Assembly: GCA_005772825.1 (NCBI GenBank)
Contig: SXIP01000291.1
Coordinates: forward strand, 1-30,545
From: Methylococcaceae bacterium
GTDB lineage: Bacteria; Pseudomonadota; Gammaproteobacteria; Methylococcales; Methylomonadaceae
Direction: 5' to 3'
DNA: 30,545 nucleotides
A program made the translations under genes and the position numbers. Positions within the stretch are counted from its first letter, which is position 1; every line of letters begins with the position of its first letter. Below the pieces are notes generated by a model. That model did not search any database and was not told where the DNA came from. It worked only from the letters and a program-made list of their open reading frames with translations. Positions 1 through 8,157 of the stretch are shown one piece after another.

Positions 1-1277
1 GTGATTGATTGGCGTTGAGGTCACTAATCACCAGCAGATCAATACCGTTGTAATTGGCGTTAAAACTGATGTTACGGATTTGCGCGCCGGTTAAGGCATT
101 TTTAAGTTGTACCCTCAGTTGCGTAGCGTTTTGTTGCAATACCGCAAGGCCAGCTGTGCCTTTACCACTGATGTCTCGCACCACCCCCAGGTCCAGCGGT
201 TTGAAGGCAGGATCAAACGGCATCGCGCTGAGTTTGACGCCGCTCAGGCTGTCTCGCACTTCCACTTGTACCGCCTGATCACTGCTGCGCACACCCAGCA
301 CGGCGATTTCCGATGCGCCGTTGTTGTTGAGGTCAGGTAAGACATTTGCTTTATTGGGCACAAATTGGCCGTCGAATGGGATTCGCCTGACCAATGCGCC
401 GGTTTGGGCGTTTTTCACCGTGGCGGTGGATTTTTTGAGGGTGGGGTTATAAGTGACGACGGCGATTTCGGGGCTGTTGTCTTTGTTGATGTCACCGAGT
501 GAGATAATCGGGGTTGCGTTAACGATTCCGTTGTATAGTTGCTGGATTTCAGATTCAGAGAGAGCCCGGTTGTAGATACGAATATCATCAACAGACCCGG
601 CAAAATATTCACCCAAGAAGGACGCACTTCCAAAGAACAACTGTGTATTTTGCGAAACGATGTTCAGACTTGTATTTACGGATGCGTCCAATACCGCATT
701 AACATAGAAATTCCATGATTTGTTGTTTTTGACAATGACCACCTGATACCAAGTGTTCTGAGCAAAATCTGTTTTTGATCCCATAAGGTGGGCAGCTATA
801 TTCCAGCTATCCCCACCAGTATCCAACCAATAACTCAATCCGCCATCCCCACTGTGATTATAATTAATTGCAATCCCGTTATGCGGCTTGGTATTTAAAA
901 TTGCATTGAATTGTTTCGATAAATCATCGAGCTTGAACCATGCACTTATCGTGTAAGCAGTGCTGCCTATATCGAAAAAAGCAGTTTGGGTGTTGATATA
1001 ACTATCTACGCCATTAAATCTGTACGCACTGTTCAAATCTGTACGCACTGTTCGCATTCCCGAAGCGATCCGTCGTCAGTGTCGCCTCATGGATAGCACA
1101 GTTATTACCATTGCCACTCACATCGTTGGCGTTACCATTAAATGGGTAATAAGCAGCTAATCCATCATTTAGCTCGGCTGTTGCAAGTATTGGGAGGAGC
1201 AATGCTATCGCAAAAATTATTGTAACAATACTCTTTTCGTTAAATCCCTGTTTTCGGTGTTCCATGTTGTTATTCAT
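1..1277 (-). pseudogene. Paralog 1 of the secreted LamG + FG-GAP-like propeller family. It is cut by the window edge (its 3' end lies off-window) and frameshifted by a 19-bp tandem duplication.
   Basis: N-terminal ORF 1014..1277 encodes a signal peptide and the start of a LamG_3 domain (LAAYYPFNGNANDVSGNGNN...SAYRF). It then hits a stop that a perfect 19-bp tandem duplication at 1016..1053 creates. Manual translation after removing one copy continues in frame through a full LamG domain (…VDDIRIYNRALSESEIQQLY…). It then runs into the conserved repeats (SLGDINKDNSPEIAV…MPFDPAFKPLDLGV…) and on to position 1. DNA at 1-520 is near-identical to 2262-2780. Confidence 0.7.
1016..1053. repeat. Perfect 19-bp tandem duplication (aaatctgtacgcactgttc, two copies) that disrupts paralog 1
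   Basis: Read directly: positions 1016-1034 equal 1035-1053. 19 is not a multiple of 3, so the frame shifts and a TAA stop falls at 1014-1016 on the gene strand. Confidence 0.9.
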
Positions 1278-1395
1278 GTTAAATTTCCTCTAAATTAAAG
1301 GCTCGCTGAAAAATGTCATCATTGTTTATGTCTACGCGGGAAGGGCAACATGCACCGTCCGGCTGAAAAAAGATGTTGCTCGATCTCAGATGCAA
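1278..1395 (-). promoter_or_regulatory. Conserved upstream/5' region of paralog 1, homologous to 3562..3679 upstream of paralog 2
   Basis: aaaggctcgctgaaaaatgtcatcattgtttatgtctacgcgggaagggcaacatgcaccgtccggctgaaaaaagatgttgc aligns with aaaggcttgctaaaaaatgtcatcattgtttatgcctacgcgggaagggcaacatacaccgtccggctgagaaaatatgttgc. Both end in a GGGGA-type Shine-Dalgarno 6-7 nt before the ATG. Confidence 0.5.
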
Positions 1396-1454
1396 CTTAA
1401 AAATACATCGCCTAAATCAACACCCCTGGAAGCTAGAGCTTCCCAGCCCGCATT

Positions 1455-1663
1455 CCCAAGCCAGAGCTCTCGTCGTTATACACAAGTCTGTTCAAGACTT
1501 GACTGTAGGCCGGAATAAGCATGCCCGGCGGTAGCAAGGGCGTGTGTTTCCGGCATCACGTAGCTTCGAAGTGCCGGAAACGCCTGTCCTGCGCTCATGC
1601 GCGGACAGCCTTATTCCGGCCTACCTCGATTTGTGTATAACGATGAGAGCCAGAGCTTGGGAA
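1455..1663. mobile_element. MITE-like nested palindromic repeat, copy A. Outer inverted repeats are cgttatacacaa / ttgtgtataacgatgag. The inner 119-bp core at 1506..1624 has perfect 15-bp terminal inverted repeats GTAGGCCGGAATAAG and a central hairpin gtttccggca…tgccggaaac.
   Basis: Inverted repeats read directly. The inner core is the reverse complement of the core at 7862..7981, with about 90% identity and matching asymmetric internal positions. There is no ORF. Confidence 0.75.
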
Positions 1664-1698
1664 CGAGCTGAGTAGTCACAAAAGCTCTACCTGCGCGC

Positions 1699-3561
1699 TT
1701 AAAAATACATCCCCTGAATCAACACCCCTGTCTTTCCATCACGCACTTCGGCAAACAGCTTTTGCGGACCGGGTTGTTCCCTAAGGCGCACCAATTCAGC
1801 GACGCCGTTGCCGTTGAGGTCGGGGATGGAGATGAAGCCGACCGTGGTGCCATAGTTGTCGAAGACGACTTTATTGATGAAGGTATCGGTTAGGGTGTCA
1901 TGGACTTCGGCGCGAATTTGTCCATCTGAGGCGCGCAGGCCCAGCATTGCTAGGTGGGTTTGACTGTTGCTGTCGGCGACACTCGCCAATTTGAACGGTT
2001 GTGACAAGGCATAGTCCAGCGTATTCACCGGTAAACCGCTTAAGGTGTCTTTTAATGACACCCGTGCGGTATTGGTCCGCAAAACCCCTAACTCGGGGCC
2101 GCCTTTGTTATTCAGGTCAGGTAGATTAATCAGTTGCTTTAGTTCTTGGCCGCTGCCGTAGCTGATGGTGCGTATTAATGCGCCGGTCTTGCTGTCATGT
2201 ATTTCTACGATGTCAGCCGCACTGGTGGTTTTGTTATCGGCCAGCACAGCGATTTCCCGTGATTGATTGGCGTTGAGGTCGCTAATCACCAGCAGATCAA
2301 TACCGTTGTAATTGGCGTTAAAACTGATGTTACGGATTTGCGCGCCGGTTAAGGCGTTTTTAAGTTGTACCCGCAGTTGCGTAGCGTTTTGTTGCAATAC
2401 CGCAAGGCCGGCGGTGCCTTTACCACTGATGTCTCGCACCACTCCCAGGTCCAGCGGTTTGAAGGCAGGATCAAACGGCATCGCACTGAGTTTGACGCCG
2501 CTCAAGCTGTCTCGCACTTCCACTTGTACCGCCTGATCACTGCTGCGCACACCCAGCACGGCGATTTCAGAAGCACCATTGCCGTTCAGGTCAGGCAGGA
2601 CATTGGCTTTAGTCGGCACAAATTGGCCGTTGAAGGTGATTTGCTTGACCAGGCCGCCGGTTCTGGCGTTTTTGACGGTGGCGGTGGATTTTTTGAGGGT
2701 GGGGTTATAGGTGATGACGGCGATTTCGGGGCTGTTGTCTTTGTTGATGTCGCCGAGTGAGAGAAGCGGGGTGGCATTGATGGTAAATTGATCCTTTGCC
2801 TTATACATTTCCATTACCTCCGTATCTGAAAGAGTTCTATTATAAATACGAACACTGTCTATGAGACCAGCATAGAATCTAGCATCTCTATTTAGAAGAA
2901 ATGCACCTATATTTAGATCGCTAAAATCTACTGCTGTATTATTCACTACTGAAAAAGTAGTGTTCGTATCTAAAATACCATTTACATAAAGATATGATGT
3001 TCCAGTATCGCCGTTCATAACCCATACAACATGCTGCAATTGGTTCAGTTGAATTGCTGTATTTCCATAGAATTCACTTCCGACCGGACCTGTACTTTGA
3101 GAAGGCTGGATTCCGTATTCAGCAGAATGAATTCTGCATTCACCAGACACCGTTCTTAGAGAAAATACAACTTTCCCCCAAGTCCATCTCGTTGACCCAA
3201 TAATTGAACCATCGGTATTAATCTCACATGATGAAGGTTTTATCCATGCGCTGAAAGTAAATGTATTATTTACAGGCGACGGAAAATAATTCAGAAGGCC
3301 GATATAATCACCAGTTCCGTTGAAATTATATGCGCTATTAGGCTTCCCGTTTCCATCGGTAGTCAATGTAGCTCCATTTACTGTCCCGTAATTTCCATTC
3401 CCACTTTCATCATTAGCATTTCCATTGAAAGGGTAATAAGCAACCAATCCGTTATTTAGGTCCGCTTTTGCAAGTATAGGCAAGAGTAAGGCCATCGAAA
3501 AAAGTATCGCAATACTCTTTTCGTTGAATCCATGTTTTTGGTGTTTCATGTTGTTATTCAT
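1699..3561 (-). CDS. Secreted LamG (ConA-like lectin/glucanase) domain + seven-repeat FG-GAP/beta-propeller protein, paralog 2 (620 aa)
   Basis: Complete ORF with a GGGGA Shine-Dalgarno 6 nt upstream of the ATG. It has a K-rich N-terminus plus a hydrophobic signal peptide (SIAILFSMALLLPILAKA) and a LamG_3 signature (LVAYYPFNGNANDESGNGNYGTVNGATLTTD…VRIYNRTLSDTEVMEMY). Seven repeats of about 50 aa follow, each with a D-x-N-x-(D/N)-G loop (LGDINKDNSPEIAV, LPDLNGNGASEIAV, ISDLNANQSREIAV, IPDLNGNGVAELV …). Confidence 0.85.
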   Translation of the reverse strand: MNNNMKHQKHGFNEKSIAILFSMALLLPILAKADLNNGLVAYYPFNGNANDESGNGNYGTVNGATLTTDGNGKPNSAYNFNGTGDYIGLLNYFPSPVNNTFTFSAWIKPSSCEINTDGSIIGSTRWTWGKVVFSLRTVSGECRIHSAEYGIQPSQSTGPVGSEFYGNTAIQLNQLQHVVWVMNGDTGTSYLYVNGILDTNTTFSVVNNTAVDFSDLNIGAFLLNRDARFYAGLIDSVRIYNRTLSDTEVMEMYKAKDQFTINATPLLSLGDINKDNSPEIAVITYNPTLKKSTATVKNARTGGLVKQITFNGQFVPTKANVLPDLNGNGASEIAVLGVRSSDQAVQVEVRDSLSGVKLSAMPFDPAFKPLDLGVVRDISGKGTAGLAVLQQNATQLRVQLKNALTGAQIRNISFNANYNGIDLLVISDLNANQSREIAVLADNKTTSAADIVEIHDSKTGALIRTISYGSGQELKQLINLPDLNNKGGPELGVLRTNTARVSLKDTLSGLPVNTLDYALSQPFKLASVADSNSQTHLAMLGLRASDGQIRAEVHDTLTDTFINKVVFDNYGTTVGFISIPDLNGNGVAELVRLREQPGPQKLFAEVRDGKTGVLIQGMYF

Positions 3562-3679
3562 GTTAAATCCCCTCTAAATTAAAAGGCTTGCTAAAAAATG
3601 TCATCATTGTTTATGCCTACGCGGGAAGGGCAACATACACCGTCCGGCTGAGAAAATATGTTGCCCGACTCCAGGCAAC

Positions 3680-5506
3680 TTAAAAATACATCCCCTGAAT
3701 CAACACCCCTGTCCGACCATCACGCACTTCGGCAAACAGCTTTTGCGGGCCTGGTTGTTCTCTGAGACGCACCAGTTCGGCGACGCCGTTGCCGTTGATG
3801 TCGGGGATGGAGATAAAGCCGACGGTGGTGCCGTAGTTGTCGAAGACGACTTTATTGATCAAGGTATCGCTGAGGGCGTCATGGATTTCCGCGCGAATTT
3901 GTCCGTCGGAAGCGCGCAGGCCCAGCATGGCCAGGTGGATTTGACTGTTGCTGTCGGCGACACTTGCCAATTTGAACGGTTGCGACAGGGCATAGTCCAG
4001 CGTATTCACCGGTAAACCGCTTAAGGCGTCTTTTAATGACACCCTGGCCGTATTCGCCCGCAACACCGCTAACTCGACGCCGCCGTTGTTATTCAGGTCC
4101 GGTAGATTAATCAGTTGCTTTAGTTCTTGGCCGGTGCCGTAGCTGATGGTGCGGATTAATGCGCCGGTCTTGCTGTCGTGTATTTCCACGATGTCGGCAG
4201 CACTGGTGGTTTTATTATCGGCCAGTACGGCGATTTCCCGCGATTGATTGGCGTTGAGGTCGCTAATCACCAGCAGATCAATACCTTTGTAATTGGCGTT
4301 AAAACTGATGTTGCGGATTTGCGCGCCGGTTAAGGCATTTTTAAGTTGTACCCGCAGTTGCGTAGCGTTTTGTTGCAAGACGGCCAATCCCGCTGTGCCC
4401 TTGCCGTTTATGTCCCGCACCACGCCTAAGTCAAGGGGTTTGAAGGCAGGATCAAACGGCATCACACTGAGTTGGACGCCGCTGAGACTATCCCGGACTT
4501 CCACTTGTACCGCCTGATCACTGCTTCGCACACCAAGCACGGCGATTTCTGAAGCACCATTGCCGTTCAGGTCAGGTAAGACATTGGCTTTAGTCGGTAC
4601 AAATTGGCCATTGAAGGGGATTTGCTTGACCAATGCGCCGGTTTGGGCGTTTTTTACGGTGGCGGTGGATTTTTTGAGGGTGGGGTTATAGGTGATGACG
4701 GCGATTTCGGGACTGTTATCGTTGTTGATGTCGCCGAGGGAAACAAGCTGAGGTGTGTTCGGGATTTCCTGGTAGAGTTGCTGAATTTCTGAGGCCGATA
4801 AGGCACGGTTGTATATACGAACATTATCTAAACTGCCACGCATATAAAATTCAAAACCTGTATGAATACTTTTTCCAATAAAACCTTTTGACATGCCCGT
4901 ATTATGTGATTGAGGGAACAAATGTGTGCCTATATTTAAACCGTTCAGATAAATATTCAACCTACTGTTTTTATATACATATGTTGTCATGCTCCATTTA
5001 TTGGCTATTAAAGGCGTATTACTGATAAACCAATCTGCACCAGAGCCCGTATCAAATCCCATTAGCCCTAGCCACGGTGCCGCGTATCCACCCCATGATG
5101 ACGTACCGTAAAGAATTGCAAAAGTTTTCCATTCTTCAGGCATTCCATAAGAAATAATCGCCCCAATAGACGTTCCAGTATCGAGTTTTGCCCAAACAGA
5201 TATTGTTCTTTCATGACTTCCAGACGGTAATGTATTGAGGTTCAATTCGATAAAGCTAGCACCATCAAAATAATACGCGCTATTTTGATTACCGAATCGA
5301 TCCTCAACTAAACTTGCTCCGTATACCGTTCCATCATTCCCATTTAAACTTTCATCTTTTGCATTGCCATTGAACGGATAATAAGCGACTAATCCGTTAC
5401 TTAGATCGGCTATTGCAAGTGTTGGGAAGAGCAAGGCTATCGCAAAAAATATCGCAATTCTGCTTTTCTTAAATACCGGTTTTTGGTGTTTTATATTGTT
5501 ATTCAT
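3680..5506 (-). CDS. Secreted LamG + FG-GAP/beta-propeller protein, paralog 3 (608 aa), with a distinct LamG head
   Basis: Signal peptide RIAIFFAIALLFPTLAIA. LamG motif LVAYYPFNGNAKDESLNGNDGTVYGASLVEDRFGNQNSAYYFDG…VRIYNRALSASEIQQLY. The C-terminal 370 aa are about 95% identical to paralogs 2 and 4. Confidence 0.85.
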   Translation of the reverse strand: MNNNIKHQKPVFKKSRIAIFFAIALLFPTLAIADLSNGLVAYYPFNGNAKDESLNGNDGTVYGASLVEDRFGNQNSAYYFDGASFIELNLNTLPSGSHERTISVWAKLDTGTSIGAIISYGMPEEWKTFAILYGTSSWGGYAAPWLGLMGFDTGSGADWFISNTPLIANKWSMTTYVYKNSRLNIYLNGLNIGTHLFPQSHNTGMSKGFIGKSIHTGFEFYMRGSLDNVRIYNRALSASEIQQLYQEIPNTPQLVSLGDINNDNSPEIAVITYNPTLKKSTATVKNAQTGALVKQIPFNGQFVPTKANVLPDLNGNGASEIAVLGVRSSDQAVQVEVRDSLSGVQLSVMPFDPAFKPLDLGVVRDINGKGTAGLAVLQQNATQLRVQLKNALTGAQIRNISFNANYKGIDLLVISDLNANQSREIAVLADNKTTSAADIVEIHDSKTGALIRTISYGTGQELKQLINLPDLNNNGGVELAVLRANTARVSLKDALSGLPVNTLDYALSQPFKLASVADSNSQIHLAMLGLRASDGQIRAEIHDALSDTLINKVVFDNYGTTVGFISIPDINGNGVAELVRLREQPGPQKLFAEVRDGRTGVLIQGMYF

Positions 5507-5584
5507 GGTTAATAATTTCCCCTTTGTTAAAAAACGCTCTTAAATCCACCATCTTGTAAATTGGATAAAAACAGCTCTCCCTCA

Positions 5585-7543
5585 CTAAAAATACATCCCC
5601 TGAATCAACACCCCTGTCCGTCCATCACGCACTTCCGCAAACAGTTTTTGCGGGCCGGGTTGTTCTCTTAAGCGCACCAGTTCAGCTACGCCGTTGCCGT
5701 TGATGTCGGGGATGGAGATGAAGCCGACGGTGGTGCCGTAGTTGTCATAGACGACTTTATTAATCAAGGTATCGCTCAGGGCGTCATGGACTTCCGCGCG
5801 AATTTGTCCGTCGGAAGCGCGTACGCCCAGCATGGCCAGGTGGGTTTGACTGTTGCTGTCGGAGACACTCGCCAGTTTGAACGGTTGCGACAGGGCATAG
5901 TCCAGGGTATTCACCGGTAAACCGCTTAAGGCGTCTTTTAATGACACCCGCGCGGTATTCGCCCGCAACACCGCTAATTCGGCGCCGCCGTTTTTATTCA
6001 GGTCCGGTAGATTAATCAGTTGCTTTAGTTCTTGGCCGGTGCCGTAGCTGATGGTGCGTATTAATGCGCCGGTCTTGCTGTCGCGGATTTCCACGGTGTC
6101 GGCGGCGGTGACGGTTTTATTGTCGGCCAGCACGGCGAGTTCCCGCGATTGATTGGCGTTGAGGTCGCTAATCACCAGCAGGTCAATACCGTTGTAATTG
6201 GTGTTAAAACTGATGTTGCGGATTTGCGCGCCGCTCAAGGCATTTTTAAGTTGCACCCGCAGTTGCGTAGCGTTTTGTTGCAGGACTGCGAGGCCCGCTG
6301 TGCCCTTGCCGTTGATGTCCCGCACCACCCCCAGGTCCAGGGGTTTGAAGGCAGGATCAAACGGCACCGCGCTGAGTTTGACACCGCTCAGACTGTCACG
6401 CACTTCCACCTGTACCGCCTGATCACTGCTGCGCCCACCGAGCACGGCGATTTCGGACGCGCCGTTGCCGTTCAGGTCGGGCAGGACATTGGCTTTAGTC
6501 GGCACAAATTGGCCGTTGAAGGGGATTTGTTTGACCAAGGCGCCGGTTTGGGTGTTTTTTACGGTGGCGGTGGATTTTTTGAGGGTGGGGTTATAGGTGA
6601 CGACGGCGATTTCGAGGGCTCCGTCTTTGTTGATGTCACCAAGTGAGAGAAGTGAAGGAATGCTTAGTTGAATTACTGGATTTTCATTGAAACGATCAGA
6701 GAAATCAGTTTTGGCGAAATCGTAAAACACAATATTATCGAGAATCGCATCAGCGTGAATACCATCCCAATTGTGTCGCCCAAGGTAATTTAAGCGGGAA
6801 GGAGGAAGATCGTTTCTTACCGGGCAATTTGGATTTCCTACCAACGCAAGTGATCCGTCGAAATATAAACGAAATAGATCGGTTGTGTTACCGATTCCGT
6901 TATTATCCCAAACCATTGCCCAGTGGTGCCATTGCCCAGTCTCGAAATGAATTCCGTGGCTGCTGTAAGTGCCTGTCAAATTAATTTGCCATCCATCTAT
7001 ACAGCTTTCTATCGGAAAAAATCCAGCTACGATAGTACCAGCACCATCACCCCAGTAGCCAAGCACAAGTCGTTGAGAGCTTAGACCAAGGCTTGTATCA
7101 AATAAAATATGTGTACCCACTCCCGACGACGGCCAAGAGGTTTTGACCCATAACGCGATCGTACCGCGTGAATTCAATATGAGGCTGTTAATCAGCGATT
7201 CGTCTAACAAAAAATATCCAGGAAAAGAACTATCCATCCTGACACCGTTACCGAATCGCCCTGACTCATAATTGACATCACCTGTCTGCACTAAAGGCGG
7301 TCCGACTTCGCTGTTTGTTGCTTGTTTATTGTCTCCAAGCCTATTCCACAAAACAACATCATCTGCTTGCGCGAATTGCACAAACACATTGCTGAAACCA
7401 AAGAGCAAAAATGAGAACGATAAAATGCCATACATCAAAGCAGTATTAAATTTCTGTCCGCTCTTTATGTATATAACCATAATGAAGCTTTTCGAGGCAG
7501 ATAGGGTTTTGATACCGGATTTTACAAAATCAGGTGTGTTCAT
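5585..7543 (-). CDS. Secreted jelly-roll (LamG-like, divergent) + FG-GAP/beta-propeller protein, paralog 4 (652 aa from the 7543 start; alternative ATG starts at 7480 or 7435)
   Basis: The N-terminal 280 aa are unrelated in sequence to paralogs 1-3 but have a LamG-like character (ALWVKTSWPSS…WHHWAMVWDNNG…LFRLYFDGSL). A hydrophobic segment MYGILSFSFLLFGFSNVFVQFAQA is a likely signal peptide. The C-terminal propeller is conserved. A weak AGGAA Shine-Dalgarno lies 9 nt upstream of 7543. Confidence 0.8.
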   Translation of the reverse strand: MNTPDFVKSGIKTLSASKSFIMVIYIKSGQKFNTALMYGILSFSFLLFGFSNVFVQFAQADDVVLWNRLGDNKQATNSEVGPPLVQTGDVNYESGRFGNGVRMDSSFPGYFLLDESLINSLILNSRGTIALWVKTSWPSSGVGTHILFDTSLGLSSQRLVLGYWGDGAGTIVAGFFPIESCIDGWQINLTGTYSSHGIHFETGQWHHWAMVWDNNGIGNTTDLFRLYFDGSLALVGNPNCPVRNDLPPSRLNYLGRHNWDGIHADAILDNIVFYDFAKTDFSDRFNENPVIQLSIPSLLSLGDINKDGALEIAVVTYNPTLKKSTATVKNTQTGALVKQIPFNGQFVPTKANVLPDLNGNGASEIAVLGGRSSDQAVQVEVRDSLSGVKLSAVPFDPAFKPLDLGVVRDINGKGTAGLAVLQQNATQLRVQLKNALSGAQIRNISFNTNYNGIDLLVISDLNANQSRELAVLADNKTVTAADTVEIRDSKTGALIRTISYGTGQELKQLINLPDLNKNGGAELAVLRANTARVSLKDALSGLPVNTLDYALSQPFKLASVSDSNSQTHLAMLGVRASDGQIRAEVHDALSDTLINKVVYDNYGTTVGFISIPDINGNGVAELVRLREQPGPQKLFAEVRDGRTGVLIQGMYF

Positions 7544-7822
7544 AAAGGTTCTTTCCTGTGTTAAAGGTGCGAAGAAAGCAGACCGATACAGTTTCCCGCT
7601 TGATTAAGTTTGAGCAAAGCCAAGGACGACGATGCTAATAAGCGTCATTTGAGCAGAAAAACAAGAGAAAAAATATTCGTACAAATACTTACAGGGCAGG
7701 GGGCTATAAGGTTATCGATTGGATTTACGGTGTAGTAAATTTGTTACTACGCCGATATGAAATAGACGTTGAATGTAGTAGGTTTTAACGTGTCGAGTCT
7801 TGCAAACGGTTGATTTTCGCTG

Positions 7823-8154
7823 TTTCCCAAGTTCCGCTCTCATCGTTATACACAACTCGATGTAGGCCGGAATAAGTCTGTCCGCGCTTTAGCGCAGGAC
7901 AGGCGTTTCCGGCACTTCGAAGCCGTGTGATGCCGGAAACACACGCCCTTGCTGCCGCCGGGCGTGCTTATTCCGGCCTACTTTCAAGTCTGTGGGAGCA
8001 CGTCATTCCGGCATGGATTGCCGGAGCCGTTAGAACGCGTAAGCGAATCCAGGGCATAGGGATGTGTTCGAAGTTACCGTCCATGGCCTGGATACCCGCT
8101 TCCCGGCTGGTATGACGACACTTGATGTATAACAGTGAGAGCTAGAACGAGCTG
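7823..8154. mobile_element. MITE-like nested palindromic repeat, copy B, inverted relative to copy A. The inner core is 7862..7981 with the same 15-bp terminal inverted repeats. An extra palindrome-rich segment of about 124 bp lies at 7997..8120.
   Basis: The outer inverted repeats ctcatcgttatacacaa … ttgatgtataacagtgagagctagaacgagctg match copy A. The core equals the reverse complement of 1506..1624. Confidence 0.75.
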
Positions 8155-8157
8155 AAA

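Noticed and set aside
1699-1731. 33-bp flanking direct repeats read as a bona fide target-site duplication of the MITE
   Set aside because: They are too long and imperfect for a typical target-site duplication. They coincide with a paralog 3' end, so recombination within the tandem array explains them equally well. This is kept as an observation only.
54-6646. Conserved plus-strand ORFs (54..278, 2312..2536, 4293..4517 and 6198..6422 all begin MALKLMLRICAP…; also 107..340, 2365..2760, 6149..6646) that look like a conserved small-protein family
   Set aside because: They are antisense shadow ORFs inside the conserved propeller-coding DNA of the four paralogs. Their conservation comes from the nucleotide identity of the repeats. 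They have no Shine-Dalgarno and no independent support.
7927-8115. 62-aa ORF
   Set aside because: It lies wholly within the palindromic MITE-like copy B insertion segment and is probably not coding.
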